From positions 1 through 30,096 of the IMG/VR virus record IMGVR_UViG_3300037515_000210: a stretch of 30,096 nt of DNA. The stretch is one strand, 5' to 3'. Positions 21,801-30,096 of the stretch are shown here, one piece after another (within the stretch, counting starts at the first letter, position 1; each line of letters starts with the position of its first letter). Made by a program: the position numbers and the translations under genes. The stretch comes from a virus (Duplodnaviria > Caudoviricetes). Below the pieces are notes generated by a model. The model ran no database searches and was not told the DNA's origin. It was given only the letters and a program-made list of their open reading frames with translations.

Positions 21801-24800
21801 GGCTGGGCTGGTGATGGCCGTGCAGGTGGCGGTCCGCAGTCAAGGCACTATGGGTCAGAAGCTGACCCGAGGCACCGCCGCGGGTATTGCCACTACCGGG
21901 GCTACGACTGGCCTGCTCAACGCCGGTGGCAACTTTGATACCGGAGCGATTGTCAACGCGGTACTTAATACGGCGATAATCAGCTCGATTGCCTCCTCGG
22001 TGATCAACGCCATGCGCGGTCGGGTCCTGGCCGGCCAGGCGGCCTCTATGGGGCCTCCGCGCCCGCCGGCACCCGCAGGGAAGTTTGGCAAAGCGGCTGA
22101 CACCACTATGATGGCCGGTGCCTTAATGGGCATGTTCTCTTTAGCCGGTTCGGTGTGGAGCAAGGTCAAGGCGATCCCCGGCATGGCGGCGCTGGCCAAG
22201 GGCGGTGCGTTCCTCGCTACCAAAGCCAACGTCGTCGGCTGGGTAGTCACCGCATTGGCGGGCCTATACATGGCCTTCTCCCAGTTCTCCCAACGAGATG
22301 TCAAGCGGGTTGAAATGCTGCGTCAGCAGATGGCCAACGTCGGGCAGAGGACCGCCAAGTTTGCCGGTGTTGACCGGGAAGCCCAGGATCTGCGCTTCAC
22401 CCAGGTGGGCAAACAGAGCAAGGAGGGGTCACTGGCTCGTGCTGTGGAGAATCTGCGCGATAACCTGAACAGCGTGGAGGATCGGGCGGCTACGTTCCTG
22501 GGGCAGCGCACAGACAGCCTCTCTGATCTGCTTTCTGAGTTAGCCACCCAGGGTGTTGAAGCTGGCTCAGCTGCACGGCAACAGCTGCTCCGCCAGTTGG
22601 CGGACCGTTTGGATGGCTCCAACGCTGAGTCGGTCCGAGCCCTGGCTGACAGTCAGGGCAGGCTGACTGACGAGCAGCGCCTGCTCGATCGGGTTATCTC
22701 CCTTATCGCTACCGGGTCGGCCGATGCCGCCTCCGCAATGGAGGGGCTGCGTGAGCAGCTCTACCAGCGGTACCAGCAAATCGAAGCTCTGGGTGACGAG
22801 GCCTCGGTAGGTCAGAAAGCATTTGCGACCGCGGTGCGCCGGCAGTTTGCCTCGGGGAATTTCGCCGCCCTGACTGGGGACCTGGAAACGACCGCGGCCG
22901 ATCTGCTGAAAATAGTGCAGGAGATCCTGAAGGACGCCACAGGCATCCTGGACGGTAAGCTGCAGGAAATGCGAGAAGAACCCCTGCAGGACCTGTCGAA
23001 GACCATGGACACGCTGGTCAAGGTGGCCGATAGTGGTGAACTCACTGCTGATCAGGTAAGGGACAGTTTAGTCTCGTTAGCCAACTCCTACGCCCGTGTT
23101 ACTGGGTCCTATACCGATGGCATGGACATGGTCGTCCGCTATCTGGAGGTTGCCAACGCCCGGTTTGCTAAGGACCTTGACGCTCAGGAGCGCGCCCTCG
23201 CCGAGGGCAGCCTGGAAGACAGAGGGTCCTCCCCGTTCTTCAGGTTCAACCGGCGCCAGAGATCCAACCCCAGTGACTTCCTCCCTGGCTTTACTCAACC
23301 CAATGACGACCGCACCGCTCTTGGTATAGCCCGTCAGATACAGGAGAGTAACCATGCTGAACAGGACCGCAAGCTGGAGTCCGACCAAGACACCGAGCAG
23401 GTAAGGTTCGACAAGCTCCTGCAGTCCTTGCAAACCAAGGACGGGGCGGCTCAGTTGAGAGCAGCGACGACTGAAAACAAGGAGTTGGTGCAGGCCCTAC
23501 AGGATTTGCAACGCCAGGGTATTCCCCTGCACAGGGCAGACCCAGAGCTGCTGACCAGATTGCGCAGCGGATCATTCACCTCGTTCGGGAAAACAGTGGG
23601 CTCGGTTGCCGCGGCTGAGAATTCAAAGAATAAAGCCATAGAGGAGCAACGCCGACTGGCCGACGCCGAGCTGGACATCTCCAGGCCCAAGTTTGAAGCC
23701 GAGATGGAACTGTTGCGTATCGACCATGAGATCGCCCAGGTACGTGGGCGCGACCTGGACCGTGAGGAGGCGTTGTTCGCGGAGCGCCACCGGGCGCAGG
23801 AGCACCTGCTGGAGGTCGAGAGGCAGACACTGGTGGATACGATAGCCCATCTGCTCCTGGAAACTGAAACGGATAAGATCAAGGAAAACTTGAAGTCCCT
23901 ATATGTGCAGCGTGAGGAGTTGGAGCGTGAATCACTGCGTGAGGACGCTCGCCGGGCCGAGGAAAAACGGGAGTTTGAGGAGCGTCAGGCGGCGCTGCGT
24001 GCTGACATTCTGCTGGCCCACGAGCAGGCATTGACGGCTGCCACGCCAACGGGTCCAGGCTCCAGCATCATAGATCCAGAGGAACGTGGCCGGTTCCTGG
24101 AGAGCGGCAGAACCGGTGGCAATGACCAGGTTAAGGCTGATCGTATCGCAACGATAGGCCAGGCTCGGTCTCGCAGGGCTGATGTAAACCAGGAGTTGAA
24201 TGCCATCGGTGTTACCACGATGCTCGACAGTACCGAGCAGGATCGTGAGACCGCTCGTGTCAAGCTACGGGCTGACCTGGAAGCGATCAACGTGGAGCTC
24301 GCCGGGATGGAGCAGACGCTCTCCCGTATGGACATGACTCCCTGGGAGCAGCTCAAGGATGGCGTCTTCGCCTTCGACGATATGGCTGACTCCCTGGAGC
24401 GCGTCGACGGTGGGTTGGAGACCTTTGGGGCGCGCATCCAGGACACTATTGTCAGTGGGGTAGGCAGCCTGGGCTCATCGATGTTGCAAGCGGCGCGAGA
24501 CGGTGAAAGCATGGGCCGCACTATGAAGGGGGTGTTTGCCGACATCGCTGACGCTATTGCCGACATGGCCGCCGACCTGCTGGTACAACAGGCGTTCTCT
24601 GCCATACTGCGGATGTTCGGGGGTGGCGCCAAGGCCGCTACCGGCACATCGGACGTGGCCGAGCTGAAAACGGGAACCTCGGATGTCGCCAAATATGCAG
24701 GCGGAGGCATGATCCGGGGGCCCAAGGGGGTCGACAACGTGCCCGGCATGATCCTGAGCAAGGACGGTCGGCCCCGCAAACCCTTGCTGGTAACTGACGG

Positions 24801-25131
24801 TGAGGCCATCCTCAACGTCAAGGCCACCAGCGCTCTAGGGGAAAATTTCATCAACGACCTGAACGCTGGCAATTTCCTGAAGTTCGCCCAAGGCGGTATG
24901 ATCTCCTCTAAGGATAGCTCGGTGAGATCCAGCGAACCGGTAGGTAAAGTGTTGACCCGTCAGCAATCCGCTCCGACTAAAGGTGCCGACGGCATGAGCC
25001 TGACCATCCTCAACCTGACCGACCGCCGCGAGATGGAGGACTATCTCAACAGCCGAGCCGGCGACCAGGTGCTGATCAACCGGATTCGCAAGAATGCTCC
25101 AGCCATCAACCAGACTTTAGGAAGACGATAA
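18811..25131 (+). CDS. Tail tape measure protein
   Basis: 2106 aa, Ala/Leu/Gln/Arg-rich and helical. TP901-type core from ~20815 (IKAISGAS...STRFTTTEIAKAARVLAQAG). Hydrophobic segments at ~21780-22280. C-terminal YAGGG..GP...D.VP...DGE.ILN...FAQGG motif. Confidence 0.95.
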   Translation: MANNDVKVQLGLDIDLQTGRVNLNERLLQQSIGALLKGVGLPAQAIEQTILVKPQFDRGQLRRAMKSQMQELEQFLKTDDASTRSVQERIASKMGLDLGKATADQTQRINKRMADLRKGANEAQRELNNLYGSLATQDPIDRQLRRKSTRGLLEKVTAENFDLTKLDKLTDRQRNLIANAIARYRLVERQMRQLVQTAGRLGSMGFDGSTSALLDPRFLTNVEAQASSLGRLSGSLAKATDPNLQKSRHEQKTVRDAKAEAAALAQAERIREQGYSRVERAQRDRLRRQAQFDVAEREAAATKAKEMEAGFKAIDKQRMHREKAARDAEAAARRSITDRRARERLATGNALVSEGRPTAFTNIRSADEGRLAQGALQERQRRLQELLTRATASQTDPARVERLKTAMAETGRVINTLAERLRHLRKHYDNATGATNRLTTAQQRQAAGRAVLAGLNQGVDPQAFTETQLRQARELANARRARLESREAQASLAGSSPARMELLGASTQRYRNLLSGVNHQLKQYRAATDTAAASTAKFDREMAKMQARLKAGQALVAQGRDIGFTNIRSAAEAELARDAMQNRQNRLQGALAQGLNQGTNPARIRDITQAMAENDKALQSLNRRLSQYSSAQFQAGALMRQFFRYALGYGALYRVLAAVTGLVRGLVDLNAELTSIKAISGASAGEMLAVDSAIKRIALSTRFTTTEIAKAARVLAQAGVPADKIQESLAATANFAAATNSTIETASDLLSTLRNVYTEIDSVTISDRLTKAVNISKLTADDLKSILSISAQIAQSFNLTSEQYLASVTTLRNAGLKASTVATGLRQSLVEMFNPDAKTLDALERRYQELGQNMSQDDIRTQFIAFRSAENPLLEILRELQRIDFLDSRAGQRAFDIRAENAIRALIGRIDNLAGDEAKLSVSGSALLGSEIQLTSLRESLRLLGATITVFADSAVGGAIPKIRELTKAMTQYIHGLTLFNNELKGATGSGIGTGLLAGLVMAVQVAVRSQGTMGQKLTRGTAAGIATTGATTGLLNAGGNFDTGAIVNAVLNTAIISSIASSVINAMRGRVLAGQAASMGPPRPPAPAGKFGKAADTTMMAGALMGMFSLAGSVWSKVKAIPGMAALAKGGAFLATKANVVGWVVTALAGLYMAFSQFSQRDVKRVEMLRQQMANVGQRTAKFAGVDREAQDLRFTQVGKQSKEGSLARAVENLRDNLNSVEDRAATFLGQRTDSLSDLLSELATQGVEAGSAARQQLLRQLADRLDGSNAESVRALADSQGRLTDEQRLLDRVISLIATGSADAASAMEGLREQLYQRYQQIEALGDEASVGQKAFATAVRRQFASGNFAALTGDLETTAADLLKIVQEILKDATGILDGKLQEMREEPLQDLSKTMDTLVKVADSGELTADQVRDSLVSLANSYARVTGSYTDGMDMVVRYLEVANARFAKDLDAQERALAEGSLEDRGSSPFFRFNRRQRSNPSDFLPGFTQPNDDRTALGIARQIQESNHAEQDRKLESDQDTEQVRFDKLLQSLQTKDGAAQLRAATTENKELVQALQDLQRQGIPLHRADPELLTRLRSGSFTSFGKTVGSVAAAENSKNKAIEEQRRLADAELDISRPKFEAEMELLRIDHEIAQVRGRDLDREEALFAERHRAQEHLLEVERQTLVDTIAHLLLETETDKIKENLKSLYVQREELERESLREDARRAEEKREFEERQAALRADILLAHEQALTAATPTGPGSSIIDPEERGRFLESGRTGGNDQVKADRIATIGQARSRRADVNQELNAIGVTTMLDSTEQDRETARVKLRADLEAINVELAGMEQTLSRMDMTPWEQLKDGVFAFDDMADSLERVDGGLETFGARIQDTIVSGVGSLGSSMLQAARDGESMGRTMKGVFADIADAIADMAADLLVQQAFSAILRMFGGGAKAATGTSDVAELKTGTSDVAKYAGGGMIRGPKGVDNVPGMILSKDGRPRKPLLVTDGEAILNVKATSALGENFINDLNAGNFLKFAQGGMISSKDSSVRSSEPVGKVLTRQQSAPTKGADGMSLTILNLTDRREMEDYLNSRAGDQVLINRIRKNAPAINQTLGRR

Positions 25132-26861
25132 TGGCGTACAAGATCGGAGTCGCTGACGACTACCTGGACATGCTGGCGGCGGTTAAGCGCTTTGCCTGCG
25201 GCTACCCCCTACCAGATCCACCTGAGTTCACTGGTGATGGAGCGGGCCAGCTGAGGCGGGTAGACACCTTCACCGCGTCTGTGGCGGAGACCTGGACCAT
25301 TACCTGCACGGCAGCGTCCAGTGCCAAGGCCACAACCACCCTGGGCCTGATCAACGGTGACGCTGAGTCGGGCGATCTGACGGGCTGGTCCCAGTACGAC
25401 GACCGCCCACAGTGGACCGCCGCAACGGCCAGTCCATCACCCCGTTCCGGCACCTACTACTTCCGGGGTGGTTCTCCTGGTGGGTTCGACCAGGTGGCTT
25501 CATCCCAGACCTTGGACTTGCTGGCTGACGGGCTGTCGGCCACCGACATCGACCAACAGGCGTGCGTGTTCAACCTGAACTGGTGGGAGGACAGCTTAAC
25601 TGCCGGTGAGTCGCACTTCCTGGTGCGCTTTCTGGACGCGTCCGAAGATCTGATCTCCGAGCAGAACACCGAGGTGCTACCCACTACCTCCGTATGGACA
25701 CAACGCAGCTTCCGCTGGACGTTGCCAGCGGGTTGTCGCCATGTTCAGTTGGTGATGGTCGGTTACCTGATGTCTGGCTCCAGCCTGAACGCCTACCTGG
25801 ATGACATCGTCGCCTCGGTGGACAGTTTCCCTGCCCGATTCTCCCTGTCTGGCTCCACGACGGGAAGCCTGGGCAGCTGCAGCGCCCACGACGGCTACCA
25901 GATTTTCAGCCACCTGTCGTTCCAGTTGACTGACCCAGCGTCCAACTTCCAAGTGGGTGATCAGTTCACCTTGGTGCTCGCCGCCAACAGCAACCCAGAC
26001 GTCTGGGAGGAGTTGGACTTTTCCTGGCGGGTACTGGGGAAAGAGCCACGCGCCGAGTTCTATGTGAAAGGTCCGGGCTGGAGCGGCAACGACGAAATCT
26101 ATCTGGGGTTCCGTGAGTGGCGCAGTGCAGCCAACCAGGCCTACTCCTGGCGCATGAACGGCTATACAGCCTACATTCCCGGTGAGTCGTTCCACGGACA
26201 CCCAGGAGCCATTACGGTCTCAGAGCCGGTATTCACCTCCTGGGATCAGCCCACCGCTTACTGGCTGCTGGTGTCAGGCGGCCGCATCCAGTTGGTCAAC
26301 AAGATGGGGTCAGTCTACAGTCACCTGTACGCTGGCTTCCTGAAAGCCTACTACACCCCCAGCCAGTACCCTTACCCACTGGTGATCGGGGGGTCGTCGT
26401 TTGCTGGCTCAGGTGCTGAGTCCTACACCAGCGTCAGTGCCTACCACAACGCCTACTGGCTGGCCACAGCCGAGGCTGGAGGACCGTCGGCGCTGCGCCT
26501 GCGTTCTCTGGAGGGGGCCTGGAAGTCTGGTTGGACCAGAAAAGATGCCACCGTCTTTGGCCTGGGTTATTGGACCGACGCCGAGGTCGGGGTGTTCCCC
26601 TGGTACAACGCCAACCTGGCCGGCCTGGCGCCCAACCTGGATGGATCATACCCCCTGTTCCCGTCGGCCATCCACTATGACGATGGCGGCACGGGGGGCG
26701 GCTCTACCAGCTTTCACGGGGAGTTGGAAGGCCTGTGTGGTATCCCTGGGAGGAGCAACTCCTCGGAGAACACTGCTACCGTAGGCGGTGACACCTACGT
26801 GGTGTTCCAGAGCACGTTTAACACTGATGTCAACCGCTTCTGCGCAATCAAACTGGAGTAA
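25131..26861 (+). CDS. Tail-tip virion structural protein (YuA/D3112-like) with inserted carbohydrate-binding-like domain
   Basis: TAATG coupling. MAYKIG.A.DYLDML, KGPG.SG.DEIY.G, YAGF...Y..P.QYPYPL.IGGS and GELEG motifs. Jelly-roll insert at 25341-25820. Confidence 0.8.
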   Translation: MAYKIGVADDYLDMLAAVKRFACGYPLPDPPEFTGDGAGQLRRVDTFTASVAETWTITCTAASSAKATTTLGLINGDAESGDLTGWSQYDDRPQWTAATASPSPRSGTYYFRGGSPGGFDQVASSQTLDLLADGLSATDIDQQACVFNLNWWEDSLTAGESHFLVRFLDASEDLISEQNTEVLPTTSVWTQRSFRWTLPAGCRHVQLVMVGYLMSGSSLNAYLDDIVASVDSFPARFSLSGSTTGSLGSCSAHDGYQIFSHLSFQLTDPASNFQVGDQFTLVLAANSNPDVWEELDFSWRVLGKEPRAEFYVKGPGWSGNDEIYLGFREWRSAANQAYSWRMNGYTAYIPGESFHGHPGAITVSEPVFTSWDQPTAYWLLVSGGRIQLVNKMGSVYSHLYAGFLKAYYTPSQYPYPLVIGGSSFAGSGAESYTSVSAYHNAYWLATAEAGGPSALRLRSLEGAWKSGWTRKDATVFGLGYWTDAEVGVFPWYNANLAGLAPNLDGSYPLFPSAIHYDDGGTGGGSTSFHGELEGLCGIPGRSNSSENTATVGGDTYVVFQSTFNTDVNRFCAIKLE

Positions 26862-26864
26862 CCC

Positions 26865-27938
26865 GTGGCCGTCATCCAACAGAAATCCACTTTTGTCGAC
26901 CCCGATGATCTGCTGGACAAGATCAGGGCGTTCCTGGTAACCCAGGGGTGGACGTCCAATGACCACTCAGTCAGCGGATCAGGGTACCGACTGCACCTCA
27001 GCAAGGGCGGCGTGTACGTCAACCTGCACTCGTTCCTCAACGGCAACCCGTTCACCACCGGCACTGGCGGTACCTGGGCCGCCAACCTCGGCAACGGCTT
27101 GGCGATCAATGGCTCTGACGGCTACGACTCAGGGTTGCCCTGGGACCAACAGCCGGGCGCGCCGCTCAACCTGGATGGTGTTTCCCTTGGGCACTACATA
27201 CCACAGGTGCCGACAGGTACAGCTACCTACTGGTTTATGTACGGTACCGCACCCGAGGCCTTCTACTGCTTTGTGGAGACGACCCCTGGGGTGTTTGGCT
27301 ACTTGAGCTTCGGTGAGCTGGAGAAACCCTACAGCTGGACCGGTGGCGCCTATACTGCGGCCTCCTACCCGCGCACACACAACGTGCAGGCTGGCAGCGG
27401 GCGCCTTGGCCCTCTTGAGCAAGTGTACGAGGGCACCGGCTGCGGCGGTTTGGTGCGGGCTGACTACGACGACTTCAACGGCTGGCTTGGGCGGTACTAC
27501 CAGCCCACAGCGACGGGCACCAACTTCAGTACCGGTAACGGCTTCCTGTCCAGCCTGCACAGCGATGTCACTGCCCACAAGATCAACGAGGCCCCAGATG
27601 AGTCTTCCCAGCTCCTGCGGGTGCCTGGGTATGGGCGTGGGGACTTCAACGCCGGGACCACCCAGGCGTATGCCGGCCTGTTTGAGCGGGCTTACAACAC
27701 CGCCAACAATGTCGCTATCCTGCTGCCAGTGTTTGTCTACGGTCGCCGCCTGGATCTCGGTCCGGTGTACTCCATACTGGGTCAGCTACCGCACGCTATG
27801 GCGGTCAACATGCGTCACCTGACCAATGACACGGTCTACACCTATGGTCTGAACGACTACCGCGTGTTGGCCACCCACTCAGCCTCGGCCACAAGTGGGG
27901 CGTTCACGCCCCGCCTGGGCCTGGCTTTCCTGGTGTAA
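26865..27938 (+). CDS. Tail-tip virion structural protein (distant paralogue of the preceding gene)
   Basis: GGAG RBS, GTG start. DLLDKIRAFLVTQGWT, VETTPGVFGYLSFGELEK and WTGGAY motifs. Confidence 0.78.
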   Translation: MAVIQQKSTFVDPDDLLDKIRAFLVTQGWTSNDHSVSGSGYRLHLSKGGVYVNLHSFLNGNPFTTGTGGTWAANLGNGLAINGSDGYDSGLPWDQQPGAPLNLDGVSLGHYIPQVPTGTATYWFMYGTAPEAFYCFVETTPGVFGYLSFGELEKPYSWTGGAYTAASYPRTHNVQAGSGRLGPLEQVYEGTGCGGLVRADYDDFNGWLGRYYQPTATGTNFSTGNGFLSSLHSDVTAHKINEAPDESSQLLRVPGYGRGDFNAGTTQAYAGLFERAYNTANNVAILLPVFVYGRRLDLGPVYSILGQLPHAMAVNMRHLTNDTVYTYGLNDYRVLATHSASATSGAFTPRLGLAFLV

Positions 27939-27942
27939 TGCC

Positions 27943-30096
27943 GTGGTAGCATTGGTTGGTACCCTGCACGGGGGACCCCTATCGCAAGACGATGGGCAAT
28001 TCGACACGTCAGGCGCTAGCCCCCAGCCCAGCGGTGTCAACGACAGCTTTGGCCTCCTCCGCCACGCCATCGTGGACTTCTCACAGATCCCGAGCCCGGT
28101 CAGCCTGTCGCTTACAGGTACCTTGCACCCAGGCTTTGGCGGGGTGTGGTTCAATACCCTCCACGTGTTCCCCAGACTCACTACCGATCTGGGTTCAGTA
28201 TCCCCTGGGCAGACCATTGAGTTCGAGGTGTGGAATGCCTACGAGCAAGACTACACCCTGGACTCCATAGATAGTCCGGAAGGCAGCGGCATCTCCCTGC
28301 TGGACCCCCCCGACTTGCCCCTGGTGTTCGCCCAGCTGGAGTCGATTAGTTTCACAGCTGTGGTGGGTTCCGATGGACCCCTGGATGTGGAGGGGGCATT
28401 CACGTTTACCTTCGGCGGTACCACTTTTACGGTCCGCTTTTTTGGAGAGCGCGCGGCTCTGTTCACCTTCCAACCCAACTGGGAAAACGGCTTCTCCGAA
28501 CGGTTGCAGTGGATGACCAACGTCATTGAGGCACGCGACGGTACTGAGCAACGCATCCAGCTGCGGGACGCCCCCATCAGGACCTTTGGGTTCAATACCC
28601 TGGTCCACGGCGATAGCTTGCGGGAGATGAATCGCCTCTTGCACACCCGGCAGGGCCGCCCCTTCGCAGTGCCCCTGTGGTTTGATATGAACGCCTTGAC
28701 GGAGTTCGTGCCGGCTGGCTCCACGGTACTGAACCTTGAGACCACCGGGCGGGACTACCACTCAGGAGGGAGCGGTATATTGTGGCAGGGTCCTGGTAAA
28801 TACGAGATGTTTAGCGTGGATACGGTGGGCGATACCTCACTGACCCTATCGTCAGCTACTTCCACGGACCACCCCAGAGGCACTATGGTCATGCCGGTGC
28901 GCATGTGCCGGATGGCCAACACGATCAAGGCTAGGCGCCACACCAGTGACGTCAGCGAGGCCGAACTGGTGTTCCAGGTGGAGGAGCTTGGGCACAGCTT
29001 CCCAGGCAGTGATGGTGAGGGGTACACCCACAGGGGTGTTACGGTGCTGACCCAGGAACCCAACCGACTGAACGAGTTGGAGGAGACCTACAGTCGCAAG
29101 CTGGACATAGTTGACCCGGGCACCACGCTGGCATTCTACGACGACCTTAGCCCCACCCCCAGACTGGTCACGGCGTTCGAGTGGCTGCTACGGCACCGCC
29201 CAGGTATACAGGCGCTGCGCCAGTGGCTACAAGCTAGAGCGGGCCGGCTGAGAGCCGCCTGGGTACCCAGTTGGAACGTGGATCTGATCCTGGCTGACAC
29301 CTTACCCGCTGGTGGGTTGGCGTTGCTGACTGTAGATACCAGGTACCGCAGCTACTACGCACTACATGAGGGGCGCAGGGACCTGTTCATCCTGTTGAAA
29401 AACGGCACTATTGAGACCCGGAGAATCCACGAGGCGTACCTGGATGACTCTGGTTTTGAAGCTCTGGTGATGGACTCCCCGCTGGGCTATGAACTCCGGC
29501 CGCAGGATGTGCGCCTTATCTGCTACATGGGGCTGATGCGCCTGGCTGACGACTCCTGCTCTTGGGACTGGCCTGCCCCGGGGGTGGCGGTTGTCAAGAC
29601 CAACTTCCGCTTGCTGAGTGAGGTAGGGACCCCTATTGTGGACAGTATGGGTGCCGGCGGGGGCGGCAGCGTTGGTGGCAGCGGAGGCGGGTCTACGCCT
29701 TCATCTTCTGCTCCTGCGGATGTGGAGGACCTAGTGCTTACCTCTATTGGTGCATCCAGTGCGGCTATGTCATGGACGCTACCAGCCGATACCGACAGTG
29801 TGGAAATATGGGAGCGTGACGTGACCGCAGCTGGGTCATTCGGTTTGCGTGAAACTGTGGGCGCTGTGTCTAGTTATAGCCCAACGGGCCTCACCCCTGA
29901 AAATGCCTACGAGTGGAAAGTCAGAGCAATCAACGCGCACGGATCAAGCGGTGACAGTAATGTTGTTGGGGGGACGACGGTAGCTTCTGGCTCCGGGTTG
30001 GAAGCGAGTGGCACCGTGGCTCAGGGTGAAGTGATTACGATTACCGATGGAGCATCTAGGTTCGGGACCCGCACAAACGTGAAACCCGTTTATGTT
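27943..30096 (+). CDS. Tail-tip virion structural protein with C-terminal Gly/Ser linker and FN3 extension (3' partial, not in ORF track)
   Basis: I translated frame +1 from GTG 27943 to the window end: 718 codons, no stop. Motifs VWNAY, PNW..GFSERLQWMTNVIEARDGTEQRIQLR.AP.R.F and ARAGRL.A.WVPSW fit distal-tail-type proteins of YuA/D3112-like siphoviruses. FN3 at ~29710-29979. Confidence 0.88.
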   Translation, partial: MVALVGTLHGGPLSQDDGQFDTSGASPQPSGVNDSFGLLRHAIVDFSQIPSPVSLSLTGTLHPGFGGVWFNTLHVFPRLTTDLGSVSPGQTIEFEVWNAYEQDYTLDSIDSPEGSGISLLDPPDLPLVFAQLESISFTAVVGSDGPLDVEGAFTFTFGGTTFTVRFFGERAALFTFQPNWENGFSERLQWMTNVIEARDGTEQRIQLRDAPIRTFGFNTLVHGDSLREMNRLLHTRQGRPFAVPLWFDMNALTEFVPAGSTVLNLETTGRDYHSGGSGILWQGPGKYEMFSVDTVGDTSLTLSSATSTDHPRGTMVMPVRMCRMANTIKARRHTSDVSEAELVFQVEELGHSFPGSDGEGYTHRGVTVLTQEPNRLNELEETYSRKLDIVDPGTTLAFYDDLSPTPRLVTAFEWLLRHRPGIQALRQWLQARAGRLRAAWVPSWNVDLILADTLPAGGLALLTVDTRYRSYYALHEGRRDLFILLKNGTIETRRIHEAYLDDSGFEALVMDSPLGYELRPQDVRLICYMGLMRLADDSCSWDWPAPGVAVVKTNFRLLSEVGTPIVDSMGAGGGGSVGGSGGGSTPSSSAPADVEDLVLTSIGASSAAMSWTLPADTDSVEIWERDVTAAGSFGLRETVGAVSSYSPTGLTPENAYEWKVRAINAHGSSGDSNVVGGTTVASGSGLEASGTVAQGEVITITDGASRFGTRTNVKPVYV

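Larger units (their letters stand above)
1..30096 (+). mobile_element. Tailed phage or prophage virion morphogenesis region (siphovirus-like), incomplete at both ends
   Basis: Co-oriented, tightly packed genes in canonical order: terminase, portal, protease, capsid, neck, tail tube, chaperone, tape measure, tail tip. No sheath gene seen. No host housekeeping genes, so free phage versus prophage cannot be decided. Confidence 0.96.

Noticed and set aside
24640-24693. Short duplication TGTSDVA-ELK-TGTSDVA near the tape measure C-terminus
   Set aside because: Only two copies with diverged codons in a linker, so no evidence of a separate function.
27938-27949. TAATG-coupled ATG at 27938 as start of the last gene
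   Set aside because: It reads ATG CCG TGG TAG and stops at once. The long open frame begins at GTG 27943.
1-30096. Stop-codon reassignment or alternative genetic code
   Set aside because: Standard code 11 gives dense, full-length genes, and TAA, TGA and TAG all occur as normal gene ends.

Overview
The whole window is the virion-morphogenesis region of a GC-rich, long-tailed dsDNA phage or prophage (siphovirus-type Caudoviricetes). All credible genes lie on the + strand. Order: putative terminase small subunit; a ~7.3 kb inserted block of small accessory genes and fibre-like genes; lambda-GpA-type terminase large subunit; portal; S49 prohead protease with a probable nested scaffold; decoration protein; major capsid; neck genes; tail tube; one tail chaperone; a 2106-aa tape measure; and three tail-tip proteins of the YuA/D3112-like type. 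The last of these is absent from the ORF track and runs off the window end. I saw no integrase, lysis genes, tRNA, CRISPR array or reverse transcriptase. Most notable: (1) a candidate bead-rope-adaptor chain-fibre module between terS and terL, with two bead paralogues sharing a perfect 59-bp repeat that brackets a potentially excisable 3.4-kb cassette; (2) related palindromic C(GCA)G-triloop elements flanking terS; (3) a candidate Acb2/Tad1-like anti-defence sponge; (4) grafted carbohydrate-binding and FN3 domains on tail-tip proteins; (5) a terminator with a competing antiterminator fold after the tail tube gene. Family assignments come from motif recognition and gene order, not database searches.
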